Shown: positions 38,578-51,189 of the stretch, piece by piece
Layout: each line of letters begins with the position of its first letter
Position numbering within the stretch: the stretch's first letter is position 1
NCBI GenBank assembly: GCA_036172245.1
Contig: JAYWIR010000008.1
Coordinates: 2,666,001-2,730,000 of the forward strand
DNA from: Raillietiella orientalis
Lineage: Eukaryota
Reading direction: 5' to 3'
Length of the DNA stretch: 64,000 nt
Translations under genes and position numbers: made by a program
The notes under the pieces: model-generated
Seen by the model: only the letters and a program-made list of their open reading frames with translations
Database searches by the model: none
What the model was told of the DNA's origin: nothing

Positions 38578-39099
38578 CCTGCGTCATTGGCCGTGACCAG
38601 GATCCCCCCGCGGTCGCTGCTGTCAATGGAGTCCGCGAGGTGGTGACTGTCTTCGTCGGCGGGTATGGAGTCGGGGTTGTACGGAGAGCCAGCGCACCCG
38701 TTGCGCGGCCGCCGGGCATCCACGCCGGCCCGGCTCGCAGCGTATGCCCGTGGCTGCCGCCCACCATCGGCCCCAACACCACAAGACGTCGCTCACCGCT
38801 GTCTCCAACGACTTCCTTCACGCCTGCATCTTTGCACGTCAGCTCTACGAGATGCCCCCCACTTGTATAGCAAGGCGAGTTTGTGGCCCTGGACCTGGTA
38901 CGTCGGATTCCGCGGCGCTCCAGGAGAGTCGGTCTTCCGGCCGTTCTGGACTTCTCATCCCGGATTGCCGGGCCCTTCCTCTAGAAGGAATAGACGAGAT
39001 TTGTGCAGTTGCAGGAGAATCGGCATCTGTCGACTCGAAATGAAAGGACCAGGGGGAGGGAGGAGGGGAGGAGAATTGGGGAGGAGACCATGAACAAAT

Positions 39100-40005
39100 G
39101 GATGGATGGGATGGATGGGCCTCAAGGCGCTCGACACGATTCACGAGGGCCTGCTTCGGGCAGGGAAGCAATGGGAGGGCAGGCACGCGCAGCTGGGTCG
39201 TGTAGGCCTGCCCACGATCGCTCGAAGGTTCACTCGCACACCGCATCGCGGATTGGACCGTTTCGAGCGGGCGCTGGGGCGATCGCGGACTCCTCTCCGG
39301 GTTGCTGGCGGCGGCGCTATCCTCCCATCTTGGCGACCGCCGCTGCTCGCTTGTGGCAGAGGATGACAGGTGAGGAGGCAAATGGCAACCCTGGGGGAGT
39401 GATGTCGAGGGCAGAGCGTCGGTCGAGTCGGGTCTGAAGGAGGTCCATCTGTGGCGGTGTGGTGCCAGCAAACTCGTATGTGGCTCCACCCTACGCCCAA
39501 GCGGGTGCGTCGAAAGCCCTCTAGACAGCCATCAAGGAAGCAGATTTCGGTGGGGGCGCACCAAAATATCCTCTCGAGGTTCTGGTACGGAATGGCGCTT
39601 TCGTCAGCTGTCACTCGTCGTCGAGAGGGCAGGAAACTCCAAGCAGGGCCCCACCCGCGCAGTCGCTGCCCCCTTTCGCGGGAAACGACTACGCCAACCC
39701 GGAGGAAATGAGGCGGCGAAGCGGAAGTCACCCGCAGGGATGCCGGAGAGTTGCGCAGACGCCGCGGAGCATGAGCGCACCGTGGGTGTGCCTGCAGGAA
39801 CAACCTCTTCCACGGCTGCTGCCCACGTACAAACCCCGCCTGCACCGCGCGCGGATGACCACCGAACGCGGACTCGGGAGATTCGAGCCGCGTGACCTCG
39901 GCAAAGGATGGATGAGCAGCGGTGCCAATCAAAATCCCGAGAGCGCAGGGAAGTCAAATTCCGAGCTTATTGTATACACCATGAAGATTGTAAAAAATAA
40001 ATACG
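39100..40005 (+). mobile_element. Decayed LINE 3' fragment
   Basis: A thumb-like remnant (IHEGLLRAGKQWEGRHAQLGR..GLDRF) ending near an AATAAA at about 39996. Confidence 0.3.
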
Positions 40006-40269
40006 GATGCCTCGTATGTATATTAATAATGTAGACTGATATACAAGTTCATTTTAACATATAGAGTTATTGATATTAACATGCGCACTATTAATAATAG
40101 TCATGGTTTAACACCCTTATACATTAACATGCTCATTATTAACAGTAACTGAACATCTGCAAAACGTCCGAGGGCGAGAGACTCCTGGCTTGCTGCAAGA
40201 TGAGCGGATGGCGGAGCTCCTCGTTGCCGGGCGAAGGGGATCCTTCGGTGGGGCGACCTGCTCGGTTTA

Positions 40270-42250
40270 TCACCCCGTCACGTCAATTATCAAAAATTAA
40301 CATATATGTGTAAGACCATCGACCCTAGATTGTCTGAAAATGCTCGGAACCTGCCGAGTAACCGGCACGCAAGCCGGCGGGGTTCGCCTCGGCATCAGAA
40401 GGGGGAGAGGACAGAAAACAAAAAATAAAAATAAAACGAAAAAATATATACAAAAAAATTGGGAGGGTTAGGGAAGGGATCACAGGGTGCTGGATGGTGT
40501 CCTCTGCATCCTAAACAGGATGCCGGGAAGTTCCTTCTGAGTATGCCCCAGGTGGGGCCATCTAGCTGCCGTCCTCATGGAGCTCAGGACGAAACAGATG
40601 GCGTCCCTCTCGTGCCGTCCTCCTCTCGCGTAGCTCCAGGTCACCATAACCCCACGTAGGCAGAAGCAAAGAGCTGCTAGGACTGCTGCAGGAGAAAGGG
40701 CATCGCTCATGAAGAGGCGCTTCATGATGTTCCTGGAATTGTGCGTCGATGCACCAAGGGACGTCGCGTAATGCAATCACAGGGGCGGAGAGAAACACAG
40801 TCAACGAGCAGGTATGGGAAGGATTCCCGTTCCTCGCAACTGCCACAGTTGGGGTCCACAGTCCCCCGGGTCCAGTGAGACCGGCGGGCGTTGCACGGGA
40901 GATCCTAATGCAACAGCAGAAGTGTCGACTCCTGCCACTTCATGGGGAGGTCCCGATTGTTCTGCAGCGCTGGGGGTCACTCGAGGTCCTCCTGTGGGAT
41001 TCTCAGCAGCTCACCCCAGCGCAATAGCCCTTTCGGTGGGCACTTGGGGTCGCAGCGTCCGTGAGCTGGTCCGTGGTCCAGTCACCTAATTCCTTCACTC
41101 TTCCGCCGATCTCACATCGGACTTTCCATTTGGTCAGCTGGTTACTTTCCAAGTCTCCCTGAGGGAGGGTAGTGCCACGGCTAGAGAGGTTCTTTGTGGA
41201 CACGTGGTGGACTGCATGATGACTTCCTGCAGGGAGCGGTTGTTGTAGGAGTGCAGCTGTCGCTGACGCATCTCCAGGCTCTCTTCGTTGGTCTTGGTCC
41301 ATGTGCGAACGGCTTGCTGCAACCAGGCACTACCGTTCGCGGGACGGCAGGAGGTCCAGGTGTTGGTCCTGGTCAGTTTGACCACTCGCCGAAGCTCCAG
41401 TCCGTAGCGGGACCCGTTGCGTCTGCGCTGCCGTCCAGGAACAAAGACAGTACCGCGTAGCCGGTGGCTCGCTTGACCAAGTATCGTGCAGGCTCGCACC
41501 AGTTTGTACTCCAAAACTTCACCACTAGGGCAAGCATCCCCCCTGGAGCTACCGCACTAGGCCCTCCAGAGTCAGAAGGCTGAGGCCTTCATCGCGACGC
41601 AGAGCGCACAAGTCCTTCAGGCGGACTCGGTGCCTCCTTGTACCACATGGGCCGATTCTCAGGGGGTGCTTCGTCCGCCTTTTAATGCTACTCGGTGGAA
41701 AGCAAACAAAAAGCAGGGGTAGGAAGAAGGGAGCCAGAAACGTGTTCCCCATCACGTCCCATTACGGCAAGAGAAACTTGTTTTCCTGGAACGGGATGCC
41801 GACCTGCTTGGTTTGACCGAAGAACTCGCGATCCCTCCCCTGCGTGCTGACATCTCCGCGCTCCTGCTCTGCTGGAAATGTTCAGGGTGTTCTGCGCTGG
41901 GGATGGCCGGTGCAGCCAGCGCAGGCGCCCGGTTTCTAATGGGAGTTGCCTCCCTGACCTATTCCAGGTGCGGGGAGACGTGATCGTTCCGGCACCTCCT
42001 GCTGCACTGTGGTGCCCAGGGGGACATGTAGCGTAGACTCGCTTCGGCGCTCCGTCGACCGCAGGACCCTCCTCCACCCTCCGCTTCATACTTGCTGCGG
42101 CATACTTCTTCACTCGAGGCGGTCTGAAGAAGGGCGCAGTGATGATAAGGAGATGCTGCCTCCGCACCACAGTGACAGTCCACCATGTGTTGCAGCCACG
42201 TTCGCAGCGAAGGGAGGCTACCAGCATGGCCGCCGCCTTCATGAGGACAG
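40270..42250 (-). mobile_element. L1/Tx1-like LINE family A, 3' half
   Basis: RVRLKDLCALRRDEGLSL, NTWTSCRPANGSAWLQ and RTAARWPHLGHTQKELPGILFRMQRTP* are homologous to 51190-52650. The 3'UTR hairpin is at 40347-40394. Confidence 0.75.
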
Positions 42251-42469
42251 CTGCGAGGTGGCCTCACCTGCCAGAAGAGGTCATCAGTGAGATCACCATC
42301 ATACACTGCCTCTTCTAGGAATAAAAGGTACGAATGAAACCAAGGACCCCTGTCCCTATTCTCCCGTCTTTTTTTATTCATTTCTTGCCTCCTCCCTCCA
42401 TTCCCTTCTTTTTGAGAAGTCTGCCTGCCAATGGGCTTTTTTTTTCTTCTTCCTCTTATGGCATCTCTT

Positions 42470-42950
42470 GTTTCTTCTCCGGAGGAAACCCTCAAGGGAA
42501 CCGCTCCTTGTTACTACTCTGAAGAGAACCCCGAAGGGACGCTTCTCCATTTCTCAGAAGGACGCTCCACGTAGGGAGAGGCATGCTTCTCTGCAGTCTG
42601 GAGAGGTACCAGCTCCATGCTACGAACGGAGGGTCTCTCCCGAGGGGGAAGGGACGGTTCCTTTGCACAGCCAGAGGGGAACCCCGGAGGGAACCGGACT
42701 CCTTGATTCTGATTCCTGGAAGGACCCCGGAGGGTCGACTCACATTGTCCCGGCCATTCATCGGGGGCATCCGGTTTTAACCGCTACCGGTGCCGCATCC
42801 GAATGAATGGAGGCCAACCAGAGTCATCTTGAGGGAAAAACTCGAATCTACAACGCGCTCCCCGTTCTCGGCGTCGACCTTTCCCGGGCGGGATTCGAAC
42901 CCGCAACTCCTGGTGCCGTACGCGGAGACAGCAGCCAAGTGGAGCAAAGT
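42470..42950 (-). mobile_element. tRNA-headed SINE-like repeat, copy 4 (3'-truncated)
   Basis: Perfect B-box GGTTCGAATCC on the minus strand (42901-42891), followed by the family body up to array unit 2. Confidence 0.8.
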
Positions 42951-42954
42951 GGAG

Positions 42955-43510
42955 TCTTGGGTCAAGAAACCAGAGAGTGCCATCAGGAACAACTTCCACC
43001 ATGAAACTGGATCTGGTCATGCAGAAAGGAAACCGGATATGTGTGCTAGACGTCTGCTGCCCACAAGAAAATGGAAAGGAGGCGTTCAGCACAGATAGGA
43101 AGAACCAGGAAGGCAGGTACAAGGACGTACAACTGGGAAAAGGGTGGAAAGCAAAGCAAAGCATACGTGTTCATCGTCGGCTCTCTGGGGGCACGGGAGC
43201 CTGGTAATGAAGAAGTATTACAAGATATAGGAATGGCCAAAAAGAAGCTGTTGGAACTGAGACACCGGATGGAGGTTTCGCGTGTCCGGTACTCGAGTGC
43301 TATCTATGCAGCCCACTTCAGAAGGAAAACCGATGGTCAGCCGCAGAATCTGGACAATCTTCTCCCACCGGAAGAAAGTGAGCAAGTAGAGGAAGCACCA
43401 TAAAGATGGGGCGAAGAGCTCCCCAAAAGAACAAGATAATAAGTGCGAAAGATAGTCCAGAGCCCCCTGAAACAAGCTATGTAATTGCACACATCAAAAA
43501 CAATAAAGTT
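42955..43510 (+). mobile_element. NeSL/Utopia-type (R2 group) retrotransposon 3' end with restriction-like endonuclease
   Basis: MKLDLVMQKGNRICVLDVCCPQENGKEAF..RY, then after a frameshift FIVGSLGAREPGNEEVLQDIG..VSRVRYSSAIYAAH. AATAAA at about 43503. Confidence 0.8.
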
Positions 43511-44739
43511 TCGTCTTTTTTTTCTTTCTTCTGGGCATCTCTTGTATTCACCGTTCCTCTCTGACCTGTGGTTTCTTTTTTTAGATAAAGGTCCTAGCTT
43601 CACCGAGTAAACTCCTTCTCACCCCCAGCCGTCTCCATCGCCGATACCCGTAGGTTCTTTGCGGTATTGCGAGGCAGCGCGTCTCATGACCGCGGTCGCA
43701 CAGCTCGCAGCTTCGAGAACGCGCTGACCTCCGAGTTCACCAAGGTGGCCGACCACTTCGGCCGGAAGGTCTTTTCCCGTGGAAGGAAGCGCGCGCCCTC
43801 GCCAAGTGGGAGAAGGCGGCACACTTTCCGCCCACCAAGAGGACCACCACGAGGTCTGGTCCTGCACTGCGGAGTCCGCAGGCAGGCCGCCCCGCCCGAT
43901 GCCTTCCACTGCCTGCGGCGCATATAGTCCGCGCCGCCGAAAGAGGCTTGTCGAGGTGCGCGCGCGCCCTTGTGGCGGCAGCCCCGCCTCCCCCAGTCCT
44001 CCCTACCCCAGGGCAGCAGCTGCCTCGAGAGGTCACGCCCGACAGGGGGCAGCGGCAATCTCCTAGAGGCTTGGCCTTCCTCTCCCAGGGAGCTTCCTTC
44101 TCCAGTCAGCACGGTACTCCTCCGTGGGGAGTGAGCGGGGGAGAGAGGCGAGACGGTGACCCCTTCGGATAGGGCGGTAAGGGAGAGCATCGCCCGCGCA
44201 GCGCGAAACCAGGGCATCGGGAGGACGCGCGAGTCCAGCGACCCTTCCTTTCGCTCCATCCATTTGTCTCTTCTCCCTTCCCCTTGCGCTTCTTCCCGGA
44301 CGAAGTGCGTGACGGGCATCGCGACCCGCCCCGCCCCGCCCCGCCCCGCCTTCACGTGCGATTATCGAGCCCCTTTTTCTCATTATGCCATGCGTGCGCC
44401 CATTCCCCATCCGGAAACCCTGAGACCCGCGCGGCTGGGAAGCGCCGCCTCGCAGGCCCTCTGTCGGTCTGGAGGGCGGTCGCTCCCTCCCTTCGTCTAT
44501 TTGTTCATTGGATCCCCTACCCCCTGGTTCTGTCTCCAGTGAGGGTGAGGTCGCTTTTTGTGGGTCGTTCTCTTTCCTTGCTGCAAAACTGCATTTATGT
44601 AATGAATGTCCAGGGATGCGAACTTCCCTTACGGAAGAGACGTGCGAAAGAGCAGTCGAGTTGCTCCCGCACGACGGCAGCTTCCCCGAGGGGGTCTCCC
44701 ACTCACGGTTCGGGCCGATGCTGAGTCCGGAGAGGTGGC

Positions 44740-45050
44740 TATAAAGGAAGGGTGAGAGAAGAAAGGCGCGGGAGCGTGAAGCCGCTCCATGCCTCGAGGC
44801 GACCTCTGAGCCTGGGGAGTGGTGTTTTCATGTTGTCCAGGCGGAGCCATCTCGAGGCGGTCTTCAGGAAAACCACGTCAAGTGGATGGCGTCCTGCCAT
44901 TTCAGTCTCTTCTTCCCGCTTTCCAGACCCCCCATGATCTCGCGAAGGCAGGAGGGAACGCGGCCGATGGCTGCAGTGCAGCACGCGCGAAGAGGTGTCT
45001 GAAACTGTCCCTGGGATCGCCCTCCGGCATTCCCAGGGTCGCCTTCTCTT
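44740..45050 (-). mobile_element. LINE family A, C-terminal fragment
   Basis: GRHPLDVVFLKTASRWLRLDNMKT matches GRDVIHWAQIFPKTASKWPHLGDIRT. Confidence 0.65.
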
Positions 45051-45189
45051 ATCCGTGGGGTTGACTCAGCATCTCATTTTCCAGCCGGTCACTCCAGGGC
45101 GTTTACTGTTAAAGTGCAATAAACATACAACAACTAGTGGTAGGACACGTGGTCCTACCACCCTCATCTATATAGAATAGCCTGCAAAG

Positions 45190-45900
45190 GATGATTATCT
45201 CCCGGTTATGACAGGACATTTATTATATGAATATAATAAAAATACATCTGTGTGACAGAACCCGTAGTTCTACCACGTGTGATGAACCTGCCGAAGAGTG
45301 ATGCGCAGACCGGCGAGGTCCGCTTCGGCAGCGTGGGGGAGGGGAAAACAAAAAAAAAAAAAAACAAAAGCACACAAAACAGAGGAGGGGAATTTTTACA
45401 CGGGGAGGAGGGGAGGGAGAAACCGAGGAAGGGATGACAGTACGCTTCCTGGAGTCCTCTGCATTCTGTCCAGGATGCTGGCAAGTTCCGCCCGCATATC
45501 GGCCAGGTGGAGCCATCCCGAGGCGGTCTGCAGAAAGATTCGCGCCCAGTGGAGGGCGTCCCTGCATTTCGGACTCTTGTTCTGGCGTTCAACGCTGCCG
45601 TGATCCCGCAAAGAACAGCAGAGAACTGCGAGGGACGCCGCTGGCGGTGGCAGTGCGGCGCACACAAAGAGGCGTTTGAAGATTTCCTTGGAGCCACCTG
45701 CCAGGATCCCCAGGGTCGTTGTGAGGCGATCCCAAAGAGGTCGGGGGATAGCATGATCCAGCAGAAGTTGCAGGAGGATCTTCTCCTTCATGCGCCTGTC
45801 CCACTCTGAGCGTCCACCCTGTCCCCCGTGTCCAGTGGTGAAGGTGCGCTCTTTACAGGATTTCTCCATGCATCTTCAGCAACTCCAACTCCTGATACCT
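45190..45900 (-). mobile_element. LINE family A, 3' end with UTR
   Basis: RDALHWARIFLQTASGWLHLADMRAELASILDRMQRTPGS. Nucleotide similarity to 52000-52650 includes the hairpin, AATAAA and ATAACCGG. Confidence 0.8.
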
Positions 45901-46284
45901 CAGGGGTAGGGGTCGCCACTGCTCCAGCACGCTGGGAGCCGCTTCAGGCATGCCCTGCTCTCTGCAGCGGACCAGTCTGTGGGGTGGGACACTCGGGGTC
46001 ACAGCGCCTGCAGCCTCCCGAGTTGTCCACGCTACTAATACTTTCTTATTTGCTGTTATGCAGCAAGTCAATTTTCGCCTTGCTAGGATTGCGATGTCAA
46101 AATGACGCTTGATGATGGGAATCCCTTTGGGTTCTTCTCTGTTTCGCTGCTTTCCTTCCATTTTTTTTTTTTTTCGGATTTTTTTTTTCTGGTTCTCAAG
46201 GAGTGCAGAAGGACCATTCGCCTTGGGGTTCACGAAGCTCTTTGGCGCTGTCTACGCCAGCCGAGGGTGCATGTAGCTGTTCAA

Positions 46285-46410
46285 GTTAGGGAGTAACCTC
46301 GGAGGGACTATCCTATGAATCCAGGAAGACTACGGGGGAAGGAATCCGTTCCTCTCATGCTTGGTAGGGAATCCTGAAGGGAGCCTCTTCCTTATTCTCT
46401 CTCAAGGGAT
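46285..46410 (-). mobile_element. SINE-like repeat, 3' fragment (copy 7)
   Basis: The reverse complement gagagaataaggaagaggctcccttcaggattccctaccaagcatgagaggaacgg..cctggattcatagg matches 10376-10465. Confidence 0.75.
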
Positions 46411-46429
46411 CCCCGGCCCAGTTGAAGGT

Positions 46430-46900
46430 GTAGGAAGGTCTCCTTCCCTAACCTGTCCCAGTATGAGTGTCCACGCTCCTTTCCCCCGTGCCCAGTGGTG
46501 AGGACGTGCTTTGCATGGGATTCCCCCATGCACTACCAGCAGAGCCAACTCCTGTCGCTTGAGGGAAAGGATGCCACTGTTCTGCCACGCTGGAGCCAGG
46601 TCCTCTTCAACCGTTCTCAGGGTCATGCTCCTGATCCCATGGCAGCCGGCAGTTATGGCGAGGGAAACATCCTGGTTTTCGTCTTGGAGGTCTTTCTTCC
46701 CTACCTCGGACCATGCGTGGTTCTCCCAGAGTTCGCGTGCTCTGCGGATGAATCTTTTTCTGATTTGTTGGGTGTGGCGGATCGGTACCGCATGCACAGC
46801 TTCCGGGTAGTCAGGGCGGGGTCCGCCTCGCAGCGGGCTTCATCGGTAAGCTCCCGTGGGGGAGCCTCGGCGCGCCTGAGGCCGGTTAAACCAGCCCGAA
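46430..46900 (-). mobile_element. LINE family A, zf-RVT region fragment
   Basis: KRQELALLVVHGGIPCKARPHHW matches ERQELAQLVLH*GIPCKARLHHW at about 52000. Confidence 0.7.
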
Positions 46901-47029
46901 ACCGGCGGCAGCGTCCCGCCTTCCTTGCTGTCCGCTTCTCAGGTCCTGGAAGCCGAATGGGTGGATCCCCCGCTGTTCCGCCAACTCCGAGGCGCGGCGG
47001 CCGCAGGCGGTCGTGCACTGGAGTTTCCC

Positions 47030-47605
47030 CTGCGGTTGCCACGTGTAAGGCACCTAGCGTCGCGGATTCGAACCCTCCTCCCCTTTCCTGACCCGCAGGG
47101 GATCGACGCCAAGGATCGGGGATGCGTCGCGGGATTCCCACCCCCATCCCCCTGCAGGACGATGCTGGCTAGTCCACGGGCTTCGGGTACCGGTGGACGC
47201 GCGTGCGCACTGGAAGTCAGGTCCCTCGCCTGCTGACCAGGATTAAAAGTTGACGCTCCGAGGTCCTTCCAGGAATTAAGGGGTCCTTCGGAGTTCCCTT
47301 TGGAGCCGACTCTCCCCTCGAGAGTTCTATCTCCAGAGTGTCCGAAGCCTGCTGCTCTCTTCGGGGAGAGCCCTTCAGAGGAGGAGCAAACAAGGAGCGG
47401 ATCCGTTCCGGGAGGTCCCTCCGGAGGAAACAAGAAAGAGGTTCCCTTAAGATCTCCCTCCCAAGAGTCAGAGGGGAACGGACCCCTTCCTCCGGAGCCT
47501 TCCTGGATGAATGAATTCGGGTGATACCTACGGGGCTGCCCCTTGACTGAGTTACGTGCGTCCTCGGGCGGCGTTGACGATGTCTAAAAAGCCTTGTGAC
47601 CCCCC
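47030..47605 (+). mobile_element. tRNA-headed SINE-like repeat, copy 5 (diverged, shorter array)
   Basis: ggcacctagcgtcgcggattcgaaccc head, gatcgacgcc, ggtccttccaggaat, array units and ccggagccttcctgga. Confidence 0.7.
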
Positions 47606-48510
47606 TTCACCATATGGCGGCATCCTTCGGCCTTTGCGTTGCTCCCTTGAAAGGGTGAACGGCTCTTCAAACCTCATGAGAACCCCCAAAAGAAAAAAAA
47701 ATCCGGGAAAGAAGCAGCAAAACGTGGGAGTTTCCCGTAGACGCAGGCGCAGTTCTGACGCGCTGCCACGATCTCACTGATGCAGCGCGACGATCGGATC
47801 ACACCGCGGATGGCAAAGAGCGTCTCCCCCCCTCTCGGAACAACGGTGCAGCGAGTCACCAAGGTCACTTTGCAAGAGAGCCGCTGTCTCCGGGTGCCCT
47901 CGCGGGCAGCGGAGGACGCGCCGCACTCCATCAGCGGGTCTGGGACTGTTCCATCCCAACGCGTCGCAGGAAGCGAGCTGCCCAGTGCTGCCACCTGTGG
48001 GAAGGAGAGGGGGAGGGGGAAGGTACTCGAGTGAGGGGAGAGGTCCCTGCAGGGGGGACTCTCTGGAAGAGTCTTGAATGTTCGGCGAACTGTGGCGCTC
48101 CCTTGACTCGGATGCAGGGCGTGTCGTCGTCCTTCTCCTCGCAACGGTCTCTACCCCCGACTTCCTGAGGAAAAGCCCGGGAGAGTTTTGCAACGCCTCT
48201 TTGTGAAGAATGCCGCACCGTCGCAGCCCCCTATTCCGCCTCGGCGGCACTGGCGCGCAACACGCCGCCGAGCAGGGGCACCGTCCGTGTGCCTTCCTTC
48301 GTGTGGATCTGAACAAGATGGCGCCACCAGGGACGAGCGGAAGGACCTGCCTTCGTCCTTCCACCTCAGGATGCGGGGGTATCCCGAGAAACGCCCGCCC
48401 TCTCTCTCCGACCCTCCCTCCCACTTTTGCTTCCTTTCCCTTCCTACTCCCCCCTTGCCCGCTCTATAAGTGGACCTGGTGGCGGCTCGGCTTCCCCTTT
48501 GTATTCCCGG

Positions 48511-49579
48511 CACCATGGATAGACCCAGACTGGCTCTGACCTCGATGGAGTGCAGCTCGGGGAGGTCCACTGCTTCCGCTGAAGAAACCCTCGCCAGAAG
48601 CTCGTCCACCAGTCCGCAGCAGACGCTCAGCATCCTCGGGATGGAGTCATCCGGCAGATCGGGAGCTTCGAAGTGCAGCTGCGCTCCCCTCGTGGGATCC
48701 CCGCGTGAGCGGCACTCACCGCCAGCGGATTGAGGATCCCTTGGAGGCTCTTCTGGATCCTTTCGAAGGCGCTCCCGAGAGCCCCGGATCTCCGCACGCA
48801 TTCCCGGCGTCTCCGTTCCCATTCCTCCGCCTCTTCCTCCATGCGGGATACCTCGTTCAGGAACCTCGAGGAAAGACGCCGTTCCTCGCTTACCCCCTTC
48901 CTGACGGGAAGGGGAAGGGGAATGGATGGTGAGCGTCACCGACCTCTCCTTCCTCTCCAGGTTGTCCTTCTGTGCCTTCTCCTTCCGGTCCATCAGCTCC
49001 TGCAGCTGGGCCCGGAAGCGTCGGATCCGCTCCTCCTGCAGGCAGCTCCGGGCGCTCAGGTGGGACGCCTTCTCGATCTGGTTCCTGTAGAAGTCCATCA
49101 GTTCCTCGGGAGTCCTGGCTCCTGGGGATCCCGAGGTCATCTCGAGCTGTTATCTTCCCCTGCCGCTCGCACCCGCCATGAGGAGGATCCCGTCGAGGCA
49201 CCGCCGCTCCTTCCCGCGCCACTCCTCGCGCGGCTCACGCTCGGCGCCGTCTCCCCGGTCCGGTCGGCCTCCCTCCGGCCGAGGGAGGGTCAGCTTTTCC
49301 GGCGTCCGGGAGCCCCCCCTCGGCAAGCGAAGGTGGGGGCAGTTCCCATCTTCCCTCGAGTACCCCACGACGAAGGGGTACGGAGCGCTGTCGAGCCGGG
49401 AGCGAGCGGACCTGGAAGCGTTCCTCGCGGACGACTTCGCGGAAGCGCAGAGGTCCTGGGGGAGGCGAGGGTCGTCGGGTGGGCGCCTCCTGCCCCACCT
49501 GCATCCTGGCGAGGTCCTCTCTCGCCTCGTCAATGTACCTTTCCACCTGGCGGATTTGTTCCCTCTAGTGCGCGTTGCC
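48511..49579 (-). pseudogene. Inverted, intron-containing partial duplicate of the CCDC151-like gene (36361-37429)
   Basis: Near-identical reverse complement with only a handful of substitutions. TGG>TAG near its 5' breakpoint, and the first and last exons are missing. Confidence 0.95.
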
Positions 49580-50344
49580 GGGACGCGGTCTGCGGAACTT
49601 TCACTTCCGGGTGCGTGGCTGAGCGTCTCCAGGCAGCGGAGGCGGGAAAAGTTCCCGGGTATGGGGCGCCCGGCGTCCTCGACGGTTCGACCACCGAGAC
49701 GAAGCAGCCTCCAGAGGACTAGGTGTGCGCCGTCCCCAAGGCGACGACCTGGAGCTTCGTTTCGGAGTCCGCGAGAGGGAGCCGTGTTTCCCGAGGTCGA
49801 CGAGGAGGCAGCGGCTTCCTCCGGATCGCACCGGAAGCGCCTAGCTCGTGCAGGTGAAGGTAGCTCCCAGGGTCTGCATTGCGCGCGAGACCCCATCCGG
49901 TTCCTGCGGTCCCTGTCGCAGCTCCGAAGGTGGCCTTCACGGCCTGCGGAGTGGGGGAGCGTCCGTCATGGACACCTGCACTTCCGGAGGTTGTCTGAGG
50001 CTTCGCGGTGGAAGACCTTCCTTCCGTCCGCCCCTTCCCGAGTGGGGACGCTCGCGGCATTGCCAGTTACGAGCCTTCCCACGTTTGACCTGGGCGCTTT
50101 GTTGTCGCGGTCTCAGCATCCGCGGTGGCTCGAGCCCTCAGCTCCGCCCAGGAGACTGAGCCTGTCTTCCTCAGCTGCCACCCCCCACCCTCGCGTGGCT
50201 CTTAGCTTTTGTGATCCACTCCGGGCGCACCGCTTTGGTAGGCACGGGATGGTCGCATCTGGAGCTCATGATGGAGGAATAACTTCTCTATGAGGTCCCT
50301 CTTTTGGGTAGGGAGGCCGAGATAGACATCGGTCGACTCTGGTC

Positions 50345-51100
50345 GCTACCGCGTGGCTGCAGAGGTTTCCGCGCATGGCACCGAGCGTCGCTGGTTCCAA
50401 TCCCATCCGAGGAAGGAAGAACCGAAGCCAAGAACGGGGGGTGGGGGGGGAGTGCGTCGTGGGCATGCAAGATGACTCGTTGGCCTGTGGGCTTCAGGTG
50501 CGGCACTGGCATTGGTGGAAGCCCAAAACTGCCGTATCCCCCTTGATTGGCCGGGATCGAAAGGCAAACCTCCGGAGTCCTTCAAAGAATCAAGGAGTCC
50601 TTCGGGATTCTCCTCCGGTTGTGCAAATGGAACCGCACCATTGCGTACCATGGGGCTGACACCCCCTTAGGGGGTTGCCTCTTTAGAGTGCCAAGAAGGG
50701 CGCCGCACCTTCGGGGAGCAGAGGAAATTCGGAAGCGTTCCTTCGGGATTTTCTTCAGAGCAGGAGGAAACAAGGAACAGGTCCTTTCTGGAAGGTCCCT
50801 CCAAAAAAGAAATTCCGGGAGCAAATTCTCTCCGGGTTCCCTTCAGAGAAGAAATGAGGAGTTCCTCCCTCCTCTGGAGGGGTTCCTCCAGAGAGAATGA
50901 GGAAGAGATGGTTCCCTTCGGAGATCCCACCCAAACGAAAGAGGAGCAAACTCCTTCCTCGGAGCCTTCCTAGATTCATAGGGTGGTTTCCACTGGGTAC
51001 CCCCTAAATTGAAGAGTCACATGCACCCCTCGGGTGGGGTGGGTAGCGCCAATGATCTTCGTGAGCGCCCCCTGAGGAGGTAGACTGTTCTTCAGCACTT
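50345..51100 (+). mobile_element. tRNA-headed SINE-like repeat, copy 6 (full length)
   Basis: ccgcgtggctgcagagg..gcgcatggcaccgagcgtcgctggttccaatccc head, the full array, and the 3' block gaagagtcacatgcacccctcggg..cctgaggagg..gttcttcagc. Confidence 0.8.
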
Positions 51101-51189
51101 AGAGAACCAAAATGAAGAAAACCCGAAATAGAAAACGTCGGAAGGAAAGCAACGAGAGCAGAAGAATCCCAAAGGACTTCCACCATTCA

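Noticed and set aside
40557..40602. Hammerhead-like GTCCT...AGGACGAAAC stem
   Set aside because: It lacks the CTGANGA core, lies within LINE coding sequence, and is not conserved in sister copies.
51015..51060. HDV-like ribozyme in the repeat tail (cac-ccctcgg-gtg)
   Set aside because: I could not build P1, P2, P1.1 and the catalytic C consistently across copies. An RNArobo or Infernal search would settle it.
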